From contig CM022667.1 in the NCBI GenBank assembly GCA_012295275.1, forward strand, positions 11,470,001 through 11,534,000: 64,000 nt of DNA, in the 5' to 3' direction. Below the pieces are notes generated by a model. That model saw only the letters and a list, made by a program, of their open reading frames with translations, made no database searches and was not told where the DNA came from. How positions within the stretch are numbered: position 1 is the first letter of the stretch; each line of letters begins with the position of its first letter. Source of the stretch: Chrysomallon squamiferum (Eukaryota; Animalia; Mollusca). The translations under genes were made by a program, and so were the position numbers. Shown here piece by piece: positions 14,726 to 30,123 of the stretch.

Positions 14726-15063
14726 TTAAATTTCTTTTCTCCACCATCATCTCTTTTTTTCTATTTATCTTTTAATTATATATATATATATATAAGTTGA
14801 CATAACCTAGTTGGTAATAAATATTTATTTGTTTTTAAATGTTCATATTTAATCAGGAATTAGATAAATACGTGGTTATCTCCCGTGTTAAGAGTTCAAG
14901 ATAAGGAGAGGAAATCAGACAGATGCTTCCTCCAGTACGATACTTCCTTTCAAAATTTCAGAAATTTGAAATCTTAGTATCTAATGTTCACGAGCGGAAA
15001 AGGTAAATTTAAATATGTCTCAATTTGATTTTTAAATACAAGATTTTAATATTAGTAATTAAT

Positions 15064-15121
<58 letters not shown>

Positions 15122-15229
15122 CAAGAACAACAGTAATAATAATAGTTAATTAATATAAAAAAAGAAGAGAGAAAATAAAAGATTAACTGATTTGTGAACG
15201 CAAAGAAAAAGTATGGACGGTAGCAAAAC

Positions 15230-15334
<105 letters not shown>

Positions 15335-16130
15335 GGGGATTGAAAGAAAACATTTACATTTACATAACAAAGAAAACATTTACATTTACATAACGAGAGA
15401 ACCGAAACAAACACCATGACAAAATCAAAGAGACAGGAGAACAAAAAAATGTAATAAAAATACACAAAAAGAAAACGGATAACCAACAAGAGTATAAGAG
15501 ATAATAAATAAAAAGAGAAAAAAAAAGAACGAAAACATAAGAAAAAAAAAAAAAAAAAAGTAATAGTATTCTTTTAGACATTTGAAAGTCTAGGTGAGGC
15601 GTGGCTGGATCATATCCTCAACGAGCCGTGACAACGATTCCGAGAGGGATGGGTAGACTGAAAACCAGACAGTGCAGCGCCACATATTTAGACTTTAATG
15701 ACGATCGTCCCGCGACCAGCTATTTTTATAAGTAGACTGGTGTTAATCCGTCTCGTTATACAAAATAATTACAGTAGTACTTACAGCGTATCATTGTATG
15801 GATTTTTAATAACAACAGTTTCCGAATCTGTCAGAAATAAACGTTTTGGGGTGGAGTTAAAGGTAGTGTTAAAATGCAATTTCTCGGTACTTGTTAAAAG
15901 AGTCAAAACCAGTAAAATACGTTGTTTTTGTGTCCATTAGTTACTTCCTGACTTATCAATAAAAACAGTGACTCAGATTGAGTCATATAAATTTAGTGAT
16001 TCAAAAAATAAAACCCAACTTGAAATCTTTTATTTATTTACTGATTTATTTATTTATTTATTTATTTATTTACTTTTCTTGTTGTTGTTGTTATGACGAT
16101 GATGATGATGATGATAATGATTATTATTAA

Positions 16131-16175
<45 letters not shown>

Positions 16176-16354
16176 GCGGAAGGGGGCATTTCAGATTATC
16201 TTTCATTCAGTCTAATAACTATTAACACTTTCAGAAACAAAAAATACAAAACAAAAAGAATAACAACAAGAAACAAACAAACAAAAACACACCCAGAAAC
16301 ATAGAAAGAGATTTCCATAAGCCTTCGTACCTGAAAATCTCTGTGGATATGAAT

Positions 16355-16401
<47 letters not shown>

Positions 16402-16808
16402 TTACTATTACAACAATTACCACTACTATTATTTTTATTTTTATTTATTTATTTGTTTGTTTACTTGTTACTATTAATACTACTACCATTATTACAACAA
16501 TGACAACTACTATTATCTTTATTTATTTATTTATATATTTGTTTCGATTTGTTTATTTGTTTGTCTGTTTGTTTATATGTGAGAATTTTTTTTTTTTTTT
16601 TTTTTTTTTTTTAATCATTTTACGCTTTCGCAACAAGATGTATTATAACAACAGATACGTTCTCAACACACCAAAATACGTGGACTGAATGTAGTCGCCG
16701 CTGCTAGATACATTTAGGAACGGAATATTAAGCATCGGCATCTAATTACTTCGATAAGAAACAAAATTTCAAATCGTTTTATTTATTTTAAAATCACACA
16801 CACACACA

Positions 16809-16889
<81 letters not shown>

Positions 16890-17683
16890 ATTAATTCCAC
16901 ACGATATTGACTGTTACCTGACTGTCGTATATCACACACACAAACCCTTTCCCACGAAAAAAAAAGAAAAAAAGAAAAAAAAAGGGCCATTAATGTCCAA
17001 GTAATTTTCAATCATTTCGCAAGTGCCATCACATTTTAACAGGTTTCGTTTCCGGACAGGGCCTTTTCATCAAAACCGTGTCCAATTTCCACACTCTCTG
17101 TGCCACATGTCAGAAAAGCTTCGCTCACAAAAGCACTGCGCATGCTCGGACGAGCAAATTATTGCAGTGGCTTAAAAACGAGCGAAGAAAAAAATAAGAA
17201 AAAAAATTTCAACTAATTAACCTTTTTTATTTTTTCGAGAGTGCTACTTTTAATCACCTATCAACAAGTTACAATTAGGAAGCAATTCTTACTGTGTTTT
17301 GTTAATACAACGCTGTTAAACGGAGCGAGTTAAGAGCCAATTGAGTCTGTTGCAGAAGACCTCTTGGCTTTCTGTTCGTTCTTTTGCTCTTTCATCTGAC
17401 GAGATCGACTAAGCGAATGACTCAATCGCGCAACCACTCACGTGCGAGATCGCACATAAATTGAAACGTGCGCGATGTCAATAACGCGTCGGGTTTCACG
17501 CTTTTTAAAACAGTTGACTTTTGTCTGATCGTTTCATTTTCACCGAAGACCGAACATAAGGAAGACATTGTTTTATTAACAAACATAAAACAAAAAAAAA
17601 AAAAAAAAATCGCGGTCTCGCTCCATAGTTAGAAAGTTTTCCAACCGCTGAAGAAAGATTTCGTTTTTAAATGTAAGTAGACG

Positions 17684-17748
<65 letters not shown>

Positions 17749-20003
17749 ATTGTTGTTTTTTTGTTGTTGCTGCTGCTGCTGCTGTTGTTGATCTCTCTTT
17801 ATATTTTTACTGCTGCTATTAACGTTGCTACACACACACACACACTCACACTCACACACTCATGTATGTATTGTATTGTATTGCATGTATGTATGTATGT
17901 ATGTATGTATGTATGTATGTATGTATGTATGTATTTACACATATCACTGTAGTCGAAATTTATATTAACAATAATTTTAATATTAACAAGAATTGTACAC
18001 TGAGGGGCGTTAACGGCTTTGTTTTGTGACATCATAATTATACAATAGTTGTTACATTGTTAAAAGGATGTTCTCAGTATTTTATTCATAGCGTTTTTCC
18101 TGCTAATCTCATATTAAATTTCCTAGTGTTGTGAAATATATATATTATGTCTATGAGTCTTTCAGTTTTAAATTAATATACTGTAAAGTACTGTTAAATG
18201 TTTATGTGTGTAGTATGTATGTATGTATGTATGTATGTATGTATGTATGTATCTGTCTATGTGTGTGTGTGTGTGTGTGTATATGTGCGTGCATTCGTAT
18301 ATCTTTACGGTCCCCTCTGTTAATTATCTGCGTTATGTACGTTTATTTATTTATTTATTTATTTGTTTGTTTGTTTGTTTGTTTGTTTGTTTATTCATTC
18401 ATTCATTTACTTTCATTTGTTCACGAAGCTACTCTACTCTACATTTTAGTTTGTTCTACTTCATTAAAATAGTAATAATAATAATAATAATAAGTAACTA
18501 AATGCAAACTTGACAAACTTCACAGAACGAATGATGAGGCAAAACGCTGATGGTATGACAATGTTATGATTATACGAGAATGTAAAAAATGATGTGACAA
18601 TACGCATTATGATGTTAAAGATCAAAATAAGTAATGTATTATTTTAACAGACTACTTTTGTTACTATTTATAGCTATTATTTTAGTCGAACATAAAACAG
18701 AAGAAATAAAAATAGATAAGCAGAAAGAAAGAAAGAAAGAAGAAATGATAACAATACATTTGGCATGACTGCGTATGAATGAGAGAGAGAGATAAATAAT
18801 AAAAGACAGATAGACGAGAAACAAAGTCAAAAAGACAAAAAATAGCTAGATGTTAGTTATTATAGATTCGTAGATAAATAACTAGATAAATAAATAAATT
18901 AATAAACAAATAAAACAAACAAACAAACGAATGAATATATAAAGCAAAAACTTAAACAAACAGAATAAACAAAATATATGTGCTTACGTGTTATATAGTT
19001 CATGCAATTATGCTCGCTAAGTATTTCGAACTTACTCAAATTGTAAAGGAAACAGTTGCACTTAAACTATTCAGTATAATATCATTACACAAGATGTTTC
19101 TCTTTTTCTTTCTTTGTTTTCTCCATCTGAAGGTTCTTTTTCTTGGTTTCTCTGTCTTCTGGTTTTCTCAATATTATTTCAACACGTCTCTAAGTTGTCT
19201 CGGTACTAGCTGAAGATATTGTATCATTAAGGTCGTAAAGTTTCGGAATCGTACTGTCCATCTTGCGCATATACACCATAAACCTTCTCAAGTATCACAC
19301 TTTGATCGTGGTGTAGGTTGCGGTAGACGTATTGCATTCATTTGTTAAGTTAATACGTATAACACAAGAAATAGAAGAGAAAAACAGTGAAGTAAAAGAA
19401 ACGAAAAAAAAGGAATAAATATAAAAAGAGAAAAAGAAAAGAAAGAAGCAAGCAAAGAATATAATAAAGAGAAAAACAGATATTAAAGAAAGAAGACGGA
19501 GAGAAGTAGAAAAGATAGGCCTTTGAGAAGAGAAAAGACGAATCTGTAAACGAAACGAGAAGAAAAGAAGAATTAAAGCCGAAGAAAAAGAAAATGTTTA
19601 TTAGAAGATGGAGAAGATAATTTGCTTTGTATAATCTTTAATTACCGTTTACAACAGAAGTCGAATTTCGGCACTAAACAACCATTATTCTGGTCTGAAG
19701 ACGTTTCAATGGGAACGTAATAAAACGAAATATCAGAATCTTAAATTTAAAAAGTAGTAAACACAATTCATTCATTTATAAGGACATTCGTACCCGTGAC
19801 TACGTATTCTAATAAATTAATCAGTGATATAAATATTTGTAAACAAGTGGATAATATTTTTTTTATAAGCTCCTTTCGTTAACTTCAAAGAAATGCCAAT
19901 CAAATTTGCATTCAGTATTTGGCTGAGTTTGAAAATAGGCCTCTGAGGGGCGATCCTGTGGCCTCTGATAGCTGAGACAAGAGCTAAATGAATGAGCCTG
20001 TGT

Positions 20004-20200
20004 TATTGCTAGGGTATAATCATAAGAGTATACATGTTACGTATTCGTTTATAAAACGTTTTAATATGTATAGACATATATGTAAACATATAAACATAGA
20101 TATCTGTGTTTATATGTTTATATGTATATTTATATATTATAAAACGTTTTAGTAAACGAATATATAACGTCTTTATTATTATGATTATATCCTAGCAGTA
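20004..20200. repeat. ~197-bp imperfect palindrome (foldback/MITE-like)
   Basis: Left end TATTGCTAGGGTATAATCATAA pairs with right end TTATGATTATATCCTAGCAGTA. The centre AAACATATAAACATAGAT|ATCTGTGTTTATATGTTT lies at 20101/20102 with no loop, and the intermediate arms (TATTCGTTTA / TAAACGAATA) also pair. Confidence 0.85.
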
Positions 20201-20245
20201 TGTGTGTGTGTGTCTATGTATATACATTTATACATGCATACATAT

Positions 20246-20312
<67 letters not shown>

Positions 20313-20472
20313 GTAAAGCTAATATGCAGATTAGCTTAATATTGCGTTTTTTTTTAAGTTTCGTCTGAAATGTTACTTTTTCTTTCTATCTATTTTATTT
20401 CTTTTTTTTTTTTTTTTCTTTTTTTCTTTCATTCTTTTTTATATTCTTTTTTTTTTTTTTTTTTTTTTCTTT

Positions 20473-20503
<31 letters not shown>

Positions 20504-21087
20504 CTTACAAACTAAATATCATGACGATAATGCATTTCGGTAGAAGTATCAGATATCCTTTGACTGAAAATTGATTGTTTCCATATCAGCGGTCTGTCCG
20601 CACGTGCATACAGTTACACCGATTTAGCGCACATGTTTACATCAGAAACTCTGATAAAAACCTAACGACGAGCGAGGTTTGTTTAAAATATCCCGCAGAT
20701 TTTTCTCTCGATAAGCCACTTAAACTGAGTCACAGCAAATTATTTCTGATATGCACACAACACAGCATCATTTATATGATGGATTTTTTTTTTTAAAGAT
20801 TTTTTTTTTTTTTTTTTTTTAAAGATTTTTTTTTTTTTTTTTTTTGGGAAAAAATTGGGTTTCAGAGAATGAGAGAAAGAAAAAGAAACATTGAGATGTG
20901 GGTAGAATGGGAGATAATAAACGTCTGGTAAACCGCAAAACGGTGGGACTGAGAAGAAGAGATTGGCATTTCAGAGAAAAAAAAAAGAAAAAGAAAGAAA
21001 AGACTGAGATGTGGTGAGAATGGGAGATAATAAACGAATATAATCAGATGAGATAGAAAAGAAAAAAAAACAGATAATGAAATCAGG

Positions 21088-21294
<207 letters not shown>

Positions 21295-21719
21295 GGCACA
21301 TATAGATAATAAAACAGATAATAAAATAAACAGGAAGCAAACTGAGAAACGAAACCTCAGCGAGACATACAGAAACATCTTTCTTTATTAAATAATCTGT
21401 TAATTTTTTTTTTTTTGTACATCATGGTCTGATATAATTTGCTGACTTCTTAGAAACTTATCGATGTTTATTTTAGAGAAAGAAAAAAAACCCCAAGTAC
21501 TTCCAACAGAGCTCCAAATGTCGCACGCTTGGTAACATTTGGTGAACATGTTGCGCACACAAACAAAATATTACAACTTGTCCTGCATGTGGTTATTTGC
21601 GTAACGATGTCTATAAACAAATCTAGGTACTAGAAAAAACAAAACTGAGACGTTAACCAAATTGAAAGAATTAAAGAAAAAAGAAAAAAAGAAAGTAGCC
21701 AAACAAATAAAAAAATATA

Positions 21720-21755
<36 letters not shown>

Positions 21756-21973
21756 AAATATCAAAGAGAAAATTGGAGCAAGGTTGGGAAAGTAGAACAT
21801 AAGAAAAAAAAAAAGTAAAGGAAATTTTAAATTTTAAAAAGAGAAAAAAAAAAGAAAAGAAAAACGAGACAAAAAATAATAAGAAAACAGTAAGTAAAAT
21901 TACTGATATAAAGAAAAAAAGGAAGGTAAAAGAAAAAAGACGAATAAAAGAACGGGAAAAGTTTAAAAAAAAC

Positions 21974-22008
<35 letters not shown>

Positions 22009-22243
22009 GCCTGAGAACTAGAAGGAAAAACGATCGCAAATTAAGAAACTTTTCATTAAAATGAGATCTGCTAGCTTGATTCAGCTACGGCTAAACGACA
22101 GAGTCAACAGAAAAAGGTCACATAACAAATTATATTTAACAAGATGAGATAAAAACGTGGAATAAACATGCAAGACAAGTAATAGGGTGTAAGAAAAAAA
22201 AAAAAAATTAACGAAGTTTTAATTTGTAATCTTGTAACGACAA

Positions 22244-22310
<67 letters not shown>

Positions 22311-22662
22311 TTCTCTTGTCAGTCTTAATTTGTACTCTTAAAACTTAACGATTAAGAATAATATTTCTTTTCTAAATATGCATTTAGCCCTGACGCAAGG
22401 AATACTTCTTGCAGCGGGTATCAGAACCGATTCACTCTGATCTTGAAGCTCATTGTGAGCATTTAAGTAGATAACGAAGCTAATTTTTTTCATCGCCTGT
22501 GTTTCTCCACCCTGCTCATCGTGTCTAGAAAAACTCGTTAATCTTTAGATAAACTGACTGACTCTTCTGGAGTTACGTCATTAAATACGTGATGACGTAC
22601 AGTCGTGTGATAACGTGTTTAGACTACAACCAACCGACAGCATATTATTTCATAATAATTAC

Positions 22663-22802
<140 letters not shown>

Positions 22803-23768
22803 CGTACAGAACAAGAAAGACGGAAAATCGCTTTAGGATTCTGCAATGTCTGTTTATCTTAATACGCACATATATCGTTGGTGAATGAAGAAAGATCATA
22901 TGGCTATAAATTCCCCAAACGAGAAGGAATGCCGTCTGAACAGGCGACACGGAGTGAGCGTAGATTTCTCGTGTCACAGAAATAACAAGAACATGTTTTT
23001 CCTAGGAAAGAAATATCCCTGAGGGAATAATAAAGAAAAAACCCATGAACTTTTTTTTTAACGATCTGTTTGGACCACACGTATCAGTTATCAGTGGTTC
23101 CAGAGAGGTGATATCAGGACCTTCTCCAACGCCCCTTCTTAAAAAAAAAAAAAAAATTAAAAAAATTTGCTGACGTTCTTTTCTGTTTCTTTTTCCATTT
23201 TTCATTTTTTATTTTAATTTTTCCCTTCCTTTATTTTTCCCTTTTATATAACAAAACATCTTTTCTCTTGATTGCTGTAAATCTAACAATAACGCCACCC
23301 ACTCTATAAAGCTGTGGATCCTTCTTTCCCTGCTATCTCTGGTCAAAATCGAGTCCGTGTAAAGGAGTGCATAACTAGAATTCGTTACAAGACTTTCCCT
23401 TAAATATTTCTCTTATCTGTCGAATTCTTCGCATTGAGTGAATCGTTTATTGCAAGCAAATGACCCTGAACGACAAATGTCAAACAGACGGGGCTGACTA
23501 TGTCTTTAACAGCTATATATTATTTAGTTCGTTGTCGATGCCCTTATATGGAGAGTGGGCTTGTGGTCCCTTGGTTAGAGTGCTTGTGTGAAACCTGATA
23601 AATCCCCGTATTACCCTGTTCTGTTCTACACACAACGAATCGTTTCTCGGATGCTCTGGTATGTATTTTCTTGTCTACGGGAAGGTTGAATGTAAAACAT
23701 CGCTTGGTGTTTATTATTACGTCAGTTCATGGGGTGACAATGGTATTGTTTAGTTTGTTCTTTTTCCT

Positions 23769-23800
<32 letters not shown>

Positions 23801-24273
23801 GTTTTAATATTTTCTCTCTCGTGTTATAAGTGATAATTAATAATAATAATAATAAAAACGTTTTTATCACTCATTGCCTGTATATCCTTTATAATATCTT
23901 TGTTAGATAAAGTAATATTTAACTGATTATTCTTTTCACAGAACGTAAAACAGCTGACATGCTTTTTTTGTCGTTGTTATTGTTGTTTTTGTTTGTTTTG
24001 GGTTTTTTGTTTTTTTGTTTTGTTTTTTTTTTTGTGTGTGTTTTGTAGCAATAGATGAACGACATTTGTAAGAGTATAGAGTTTCTGTGAGAGAAAAAGA
24101 TTATTTAGTATTCAAGTGAGAGAGAAGAATGAATGAATGGGTCAAATATATTGTCATTGTTGCTGTTGTTGCTGCTGTTGTTTTTGTCACAAAAGTAATA
24201 CTAACTAGTAGTAGTAGTAGTAAAAAAATCATCATCATCATTATTATTATTATTATCATTATTATTATTATTA

Positions 24274-24307
<34 letters not shown>

Positions 24308-25926
24308 CATTATTATTATTATTATTATTATTCAGAATATCTTGACATGTTCTTGCAACGGTCTCATTTTTTTTTTTTTTTTCTGTTCGTTCATAAAATT
24401 ACACAATCAGCTTCTGTGATACAAGTGCAATGTATTCAAGCAATCTGGGTTCGCGTTCTAATCATGACCATCTCTGTTTGCGAATGTGGAACGTCAGAAG
24501 CTGCTGATAAAACAACTTAGCGGTTTTTATCACATAAAGTATGCGTTGTATGCACACAATCACACACTGTGTGTATGCGGGGTCAGTTTTATTTTTATTC
24601 CAGAAAAAAAAAAAAAAAAAAATTTCAATAATAAAAAAAATACAAAACACTATTTATCATTTCACGTTCATGAACGTTCTCAATGTTTAAACGGTTTCGG
24701 ACAAACTGGTATTGTTTTTGAAACCGATAAAAATCGTTGGTGGAATGTTTAATCTCTCTCTCTCTCCCTCGCTTACACCAGAGTCGAGCTGCCTGGTCTC
24801 AGCATTACAGTGGTCGTGTGTTTTGGCTCTCAAGACTGTTACACACGGTTTACGAAACGATCGGAACCGATACACGGTTTTATCACAGCGAACGGGAGCC
24901 GCACTGGTGTAGTTACCATGGTTCACGATTATTTTTTTTTTGTTGTTGTTGCTCACTGTGTGACTGTTTTAAGAACGTCGAAGACTACGGCGTGAGAAAG
25001 CTCTTGCGACTACTTATCCGAGTTGGGTTTTTAGAAATAATGACATCCGCAGGAGTACAGTTACAAATTCCTTTCACATACTAAGGAAAATAATATTATG
25101 GTCAATATCTTCAGAACTACTTGAATGAATCAAAGAATTTCAAGTGATTATGGGAATAAGACTTGAAGGGGAGGTTTAACGGGAGCGGTGTGCTTTGGGT
25201 GATGCAATGGTTATACAAGCAGGGTTTCTATGCTGCTGGTGAAGAGTGCATCCCTAATTTCTCTGACCCTGGGAGTGTTTACAAATAAATTGTGAAGGGT
25301 TTTGAAGACTGGATTAGTTAACCCCTGACACTGGTTTTTTAGTGTAAACACTGCGTGATTCACTTGAGCGGTGACTGCAGACTTCGCTTCAGATTAAAGT
25401 CACACGGCTCAGTGTGCAGATGATTTGTTGTTTGAGAAAGTTTTTATTTCAGTTCGTCTGTTGGCGTTTAGGAATATAACATTTTTTTTTATTGGTAAAT
25501 ATAAAACAAATCACTTTTTTTTTTTTTTTTTTAAGGAGTTAATTTTCCATCAGTAATTTTGTTGTGTTATAGGATTTATATTTTATTTTATTTTGTTAAT
25601 ATTTTTTAATATATTTTTTTTTTTTCTGTATGTCCTTTTCATTTTTCTATCTTTCTTCTTTCAATCTGTTACTGTCTAGGATGGGTTTTTTTATATTTTT
25701 TTAAAATTATTTTTTGTTGTTGTTGTTGTTGTTGTAGTTGTTTTTTGTTTTGTTATTCTCTCTGAATGTTTCATTGTTTCTCTCTCTCGCTCTCTCTTTC
25801 ACTCTGTGTGTGTGTGTGTCTCTCACGCACACAAACACACACGTTGTTACAATTTAAATTTATTTTTATTATAACTTATTTTTCTTATATTTTATTTTAA
25901 TTTCAGAATAAAGTGAACATTTCAAC

Positions 25927-27100
25927 ATGAACGAATCGGTACACGTGGAAGACGTCGATCTCGACATGGTGTACAACAACTCACAACAGATCCTGCGGGA
26001 GATGAACGACGCCAAGGCGTTCCTGTACCTCCCCGTCATCGTCTTTCTGGCGACACTCATCGTGGTGGGGACGTTCGGCAACCTGCTCGTCTGCGGCGTG
26101 TACTGGAACAAGCAGTACAAAGCGTCGTCCCACTATTTCATCTTGTCCTTGGCCATTCTCGATCTCTTCAGCTGCCTCATCGGGATCCCCACGGAAATCG
26201 CCGATCTTCGTTTCCCGTACATGTTCTACGCTCCGGCAGCCTGCAAGCTTCTGCGGTTCGTTCATTCCTCCACCATCATTGCGTCATCGACAATTCTCAT
26301 AGAGGTTGCGTTCGACCGGTACTACAGAATATGCAAGCTCGGACGTCAGTACAGCGTGAAGAAAGCTAAACTCCTGTGCGTCTTGGCCATCATTCTGGGA
26401 ATTCTGACGTCGTGGCCGTCCTGTTTGCTGTTCGGACGAAAGACGGTGGTGGTGGCACCGGGCGTCATTGGAATCGACTGTTCTACGAAGGATTCAATGA
26501 GAGGAACCATCTACCCAATGCTCTACTACGCTTTCCTTTTCGGTCTCTTCTTCATGACGCTGGCCTTCTTCCTCATCCTCTACAGCCAGAATTGGATTCG
26601 AGATCCTGAAGCGAAAGCGAAAAACAATCGGCTCAAAGATAAACAGCAACGGCCCGTCGAAGACTAACGCCAGCAGCCAGGTCTCCGATCCAACGTCCAC
26701 GGAAATGTCGTCAGAGGTGGAAGAAAACAGCAGCAACGGAACGACGAAGAAGAACTCTTTGGCAGCCATGCAGAAGTCTTTGGTGAGACAGAGCCGAGGA
26801 CAGACTCTGAGGGTTGGGAAGACCACTACGGTTCTGTTCGCTGTCACTCTGGCCTACATTCTCTGCTTCCTGCCCTTTCTCATCGTGATGGTGCTGAGAA
26901 GCGTCATCAAGGACTTCGAGCAGAATCTCGACCCCGTCGGAGAACTGATTTACAAGTTCTGCGTCAAGTCCTTTTTCATCAACAACGCCATCAACCCGCT
27001 CATCTACAGCTTCCTCAACGCCACTTTCAGACGTGATGTGAAACATTTGTTCAGACGAGCGTGGTGTATATGCTGTTGCTGTTGTCGATCAGAGGAATAG
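25927..27100 (+). CDS. Rhodopsin-family (class A) GPCR, CCK/orexin-type neuropeptide-receptor-like; +1 frameshift at ~26587 (assembly error or pseudogene)
   Basis: ORF 25927-26667 has TM1 GTFGNLLV, TM2 LAILDL, AFDRY, TM4 SWP and TM5 ...LILY. ORF 26705-27100 has TM6 LCFLPF and TM7 NNAINPLIY, followed by FRRD and a poly-Cys tail. Removing one C from TAC AGC C AGA gives YSRIGFEILKRKRK..., continuous into the second ORF (390 aa). The acceptor TTTCAG ending at 25906 implies a 5' UTR intron. Confidence 0.9.
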
Positions 27101-28498
27101 ATTTTGTTTTCCCTAAGACGAATTATGTACATATGCATTCATATTCATCCATTACTGAAATCTATGTTGTCCTTTGTGAAACATGTACGTTTATGTATGC
27201 ACATTTTATGGTATGAAAATTCTCGTGGGCAGTCTCCGATTCAGACGTTAAGTGAACTGTCTCTTCAGACGATTATCCTCTACAGTGATTAGAAGCAAAC
27301 GATGTGATTAGAAACCATGGCATTAAGGAACAGATGTGTGTGGAGATTCATGAGAAATCAGATACTGCATTAGGCTAATGTTTAAAATTAAACACTGATT
27401 TCAGAGGACCTTCAGTTTTACGACAGGGATAATTACGAAATGAAAAACCTTTCCAGGACATGAAGTATGCTACGTTTTCTGGCCGAATGAAACGATGTGA
27501 ACAATGTCGCGTTAATGTTAACAGAGCAAGAGGAACAAATTGCCACGAAACAAAACGACTGACTCATTATCTCATGAAACTTTTGTGCACCACAGAGCAA
27601 TTAACAATGCATAAAATACCTGTTTATAGATTTGCGTGAAAAGTATGTTAACAACTAGAAATATTCGCTATTTGCAATAACCATGCAGCATTCTATCAAC
27701 AAAAAAAAGCCAGTCGTGGTGTGAACTATAAAGATCTGAAAAACGAAGAGCAGATAAAGATTATTTATGTGTCGTTAAACATTCATTTATCTAAATTACT
27801 TCTGTTATAAATCATATGGTGTGTCATTTAATCTTGGCATATTTTCTTGGGAAAGAAACAATAAACTAGAATGACGTGAATTTCGAAGACTGAAATATTC
27901 TGGAACAGTTTCTCAATACTCAGAATATTAAATTTCTGTCAACTTTTAAATGGTCATTTGTTATGATGACGTATATTAATTATTATGTAACATACGGTAT
28001 ATTATTCATAGCATAAATCATGTAATACTGATATGCAATAACAATATTAGTAAAATATTAATCTGTATGAAAACGCGGATAATAATTATATAAACGGTAT
28101 TCTACGATGCTCTGGTTTTCACCAGCATATTAAATATAATATTTTGTTCGTTAATTCAACACCTAACAGGTAAAAAGTCGTTATAAATATTATTATTTTC
28201 AGTTTAAATTATATTTGCTGAATAAAGAATGTTAGTTTTGTAACATGAGCGCGAGATTTTTAAATATTCTGCGTGTGTTTTAATGAATGTGTTTTATTTA
28301 TTATATATGTACATAATCTGAAGTTGTATGTATTTTGCATGTCTGTGTATGTTTATGATAACATTATATCGCTAAAGTTTATTTACAACCGTAGACCTCT
28401 GTCATCAGTTTCTTTTGTTTTGGTTTTTAATAATCGGCAGCATACTAAACAGTTAAATAATACCATGACAATTTTATTTTTTATTTTATTATTGTTTA

Positions 28499-28534
<36 letters not shown>

Positions 28535-29240
28535 TTATTTATTATTTTTATTATTATTTTATAATTTATTTTACGATTTTATGTAAGCTATTAACAATAC
28601 GAAGTATTTTACTGGGTAGTAAATTCGACAGTAGTTCACACTGTCAATTCAAGGGTATACAAAAAGTACTGTGACATTAATTAGTCGAAGACGGCACAGA
28701 AAAAAAAAATTAGTGTCTCATTTGTTCCCTTTTTTAATTATTATTTTGTTTATTTATTTTAATTACTTTGTTTGATTTAAAACTGATATATCTTGTTCAG
28801 ATTTTAAAATACATTAATTAGAGAATCATTATATTCTGACAGGATCTTCATTGTCGTCATTGTTGAGTGTTCGGGTTTTTTATTATCATTGTTATTTTGT
28901 CAAGAAATAATCTCAACAATATTTTGTATGTACATGTATTGTGAATTATAATGTAAACAAAAGTATGAAAATTAAATAAAGTATGACATGACAATAATCT
29001 GTCAGTGTTTGTATAAATCACTATACAAGTTGTGAAATAAATATCTCTATATATTACTATTTCCTCTTTTTTCTTTTTTATTGTTTAAACTATACTTATA
29101 AACTATCAAAATCAAGTTCATTATTATTATTATTATTTTGTTTAATAATAATAACTGTTTTCTAAATCTCACAATTTTCATCAAAACACAAACCATTTTA
29201 ATTATTTTTATTACTATAATTATTTTTATTATGATTATTA

Positions 29241-29301
<61 letters not shown>

Positions 29302-29471
29302 GAGGAATGACAATATTCATTCACCGTACATGATTTCTGTGTCTGAGTCAATATTAATTAACCAAAATTCAAAAACATTTTCCCCTCATTTATTTATATA
29401 TTCAGAAATATAAATCTTAAAATAAAGTTATTAAGTCAACATATTTGGACATTTTAATAATATTGAGTTTT

Positions 29472-29505
<34 letters not shown>

Positions 29506-29716
29506 TATACACACATATAAATTTCAAGATAAAATAAATGTCACTATGGAAAGAATTTTGACATCAATCTGGCAGGAATTAAAAAAAATCAAACTTTAGC
29601 AAATGATAAAAACAAACAAAACAAAAAATCTCCAAGTTATGCATACCTATCAGCAAAAGTCTGCTAACACTAGAGTGAAAAAGTTTTTTTAATTTGTTTT
29701 TTTTATAATATTTAAT

Positions 29717-30084
29717 TCAGAGACCAGAAGCAATTCTAGTTCCCACTGTTAACTTGACATCATATCCACATGATAGCAACAGATTCTGTAAAAATGAATA
29801 AAAATAATAAATAAATAAATACCTAATTAAAAATATGAATACTTATGTAAATAAGTAAATAAATAGTGATAATAATAATAATAACAGTACTTGTAGTAGC
29901 AATTGTAGATACTTTTGTCTCATTTTTAAATTCATGAATTGTAACATTTAATTTATTAAATTATTCACAGTTTTGTATGCTCACCTTATCCAGAGCATGC
30001 AGAGAGGAAAGAGGAACCAGATTTAACACTTCTTTGATACATTCCACATGTGCCATTAAGTCTGGTAACAGGATTGGCTTAAAA

Positions 30085-30123
<39 letters not shown>

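Noticed and set aside
25869-27046. Antisense and alternate-frame ORFs over GPCR1 (likewise 58947-59877 over GPCR2)
   Set aside because: Shadow ORFs caused by the codon bias of the real receptor frames.
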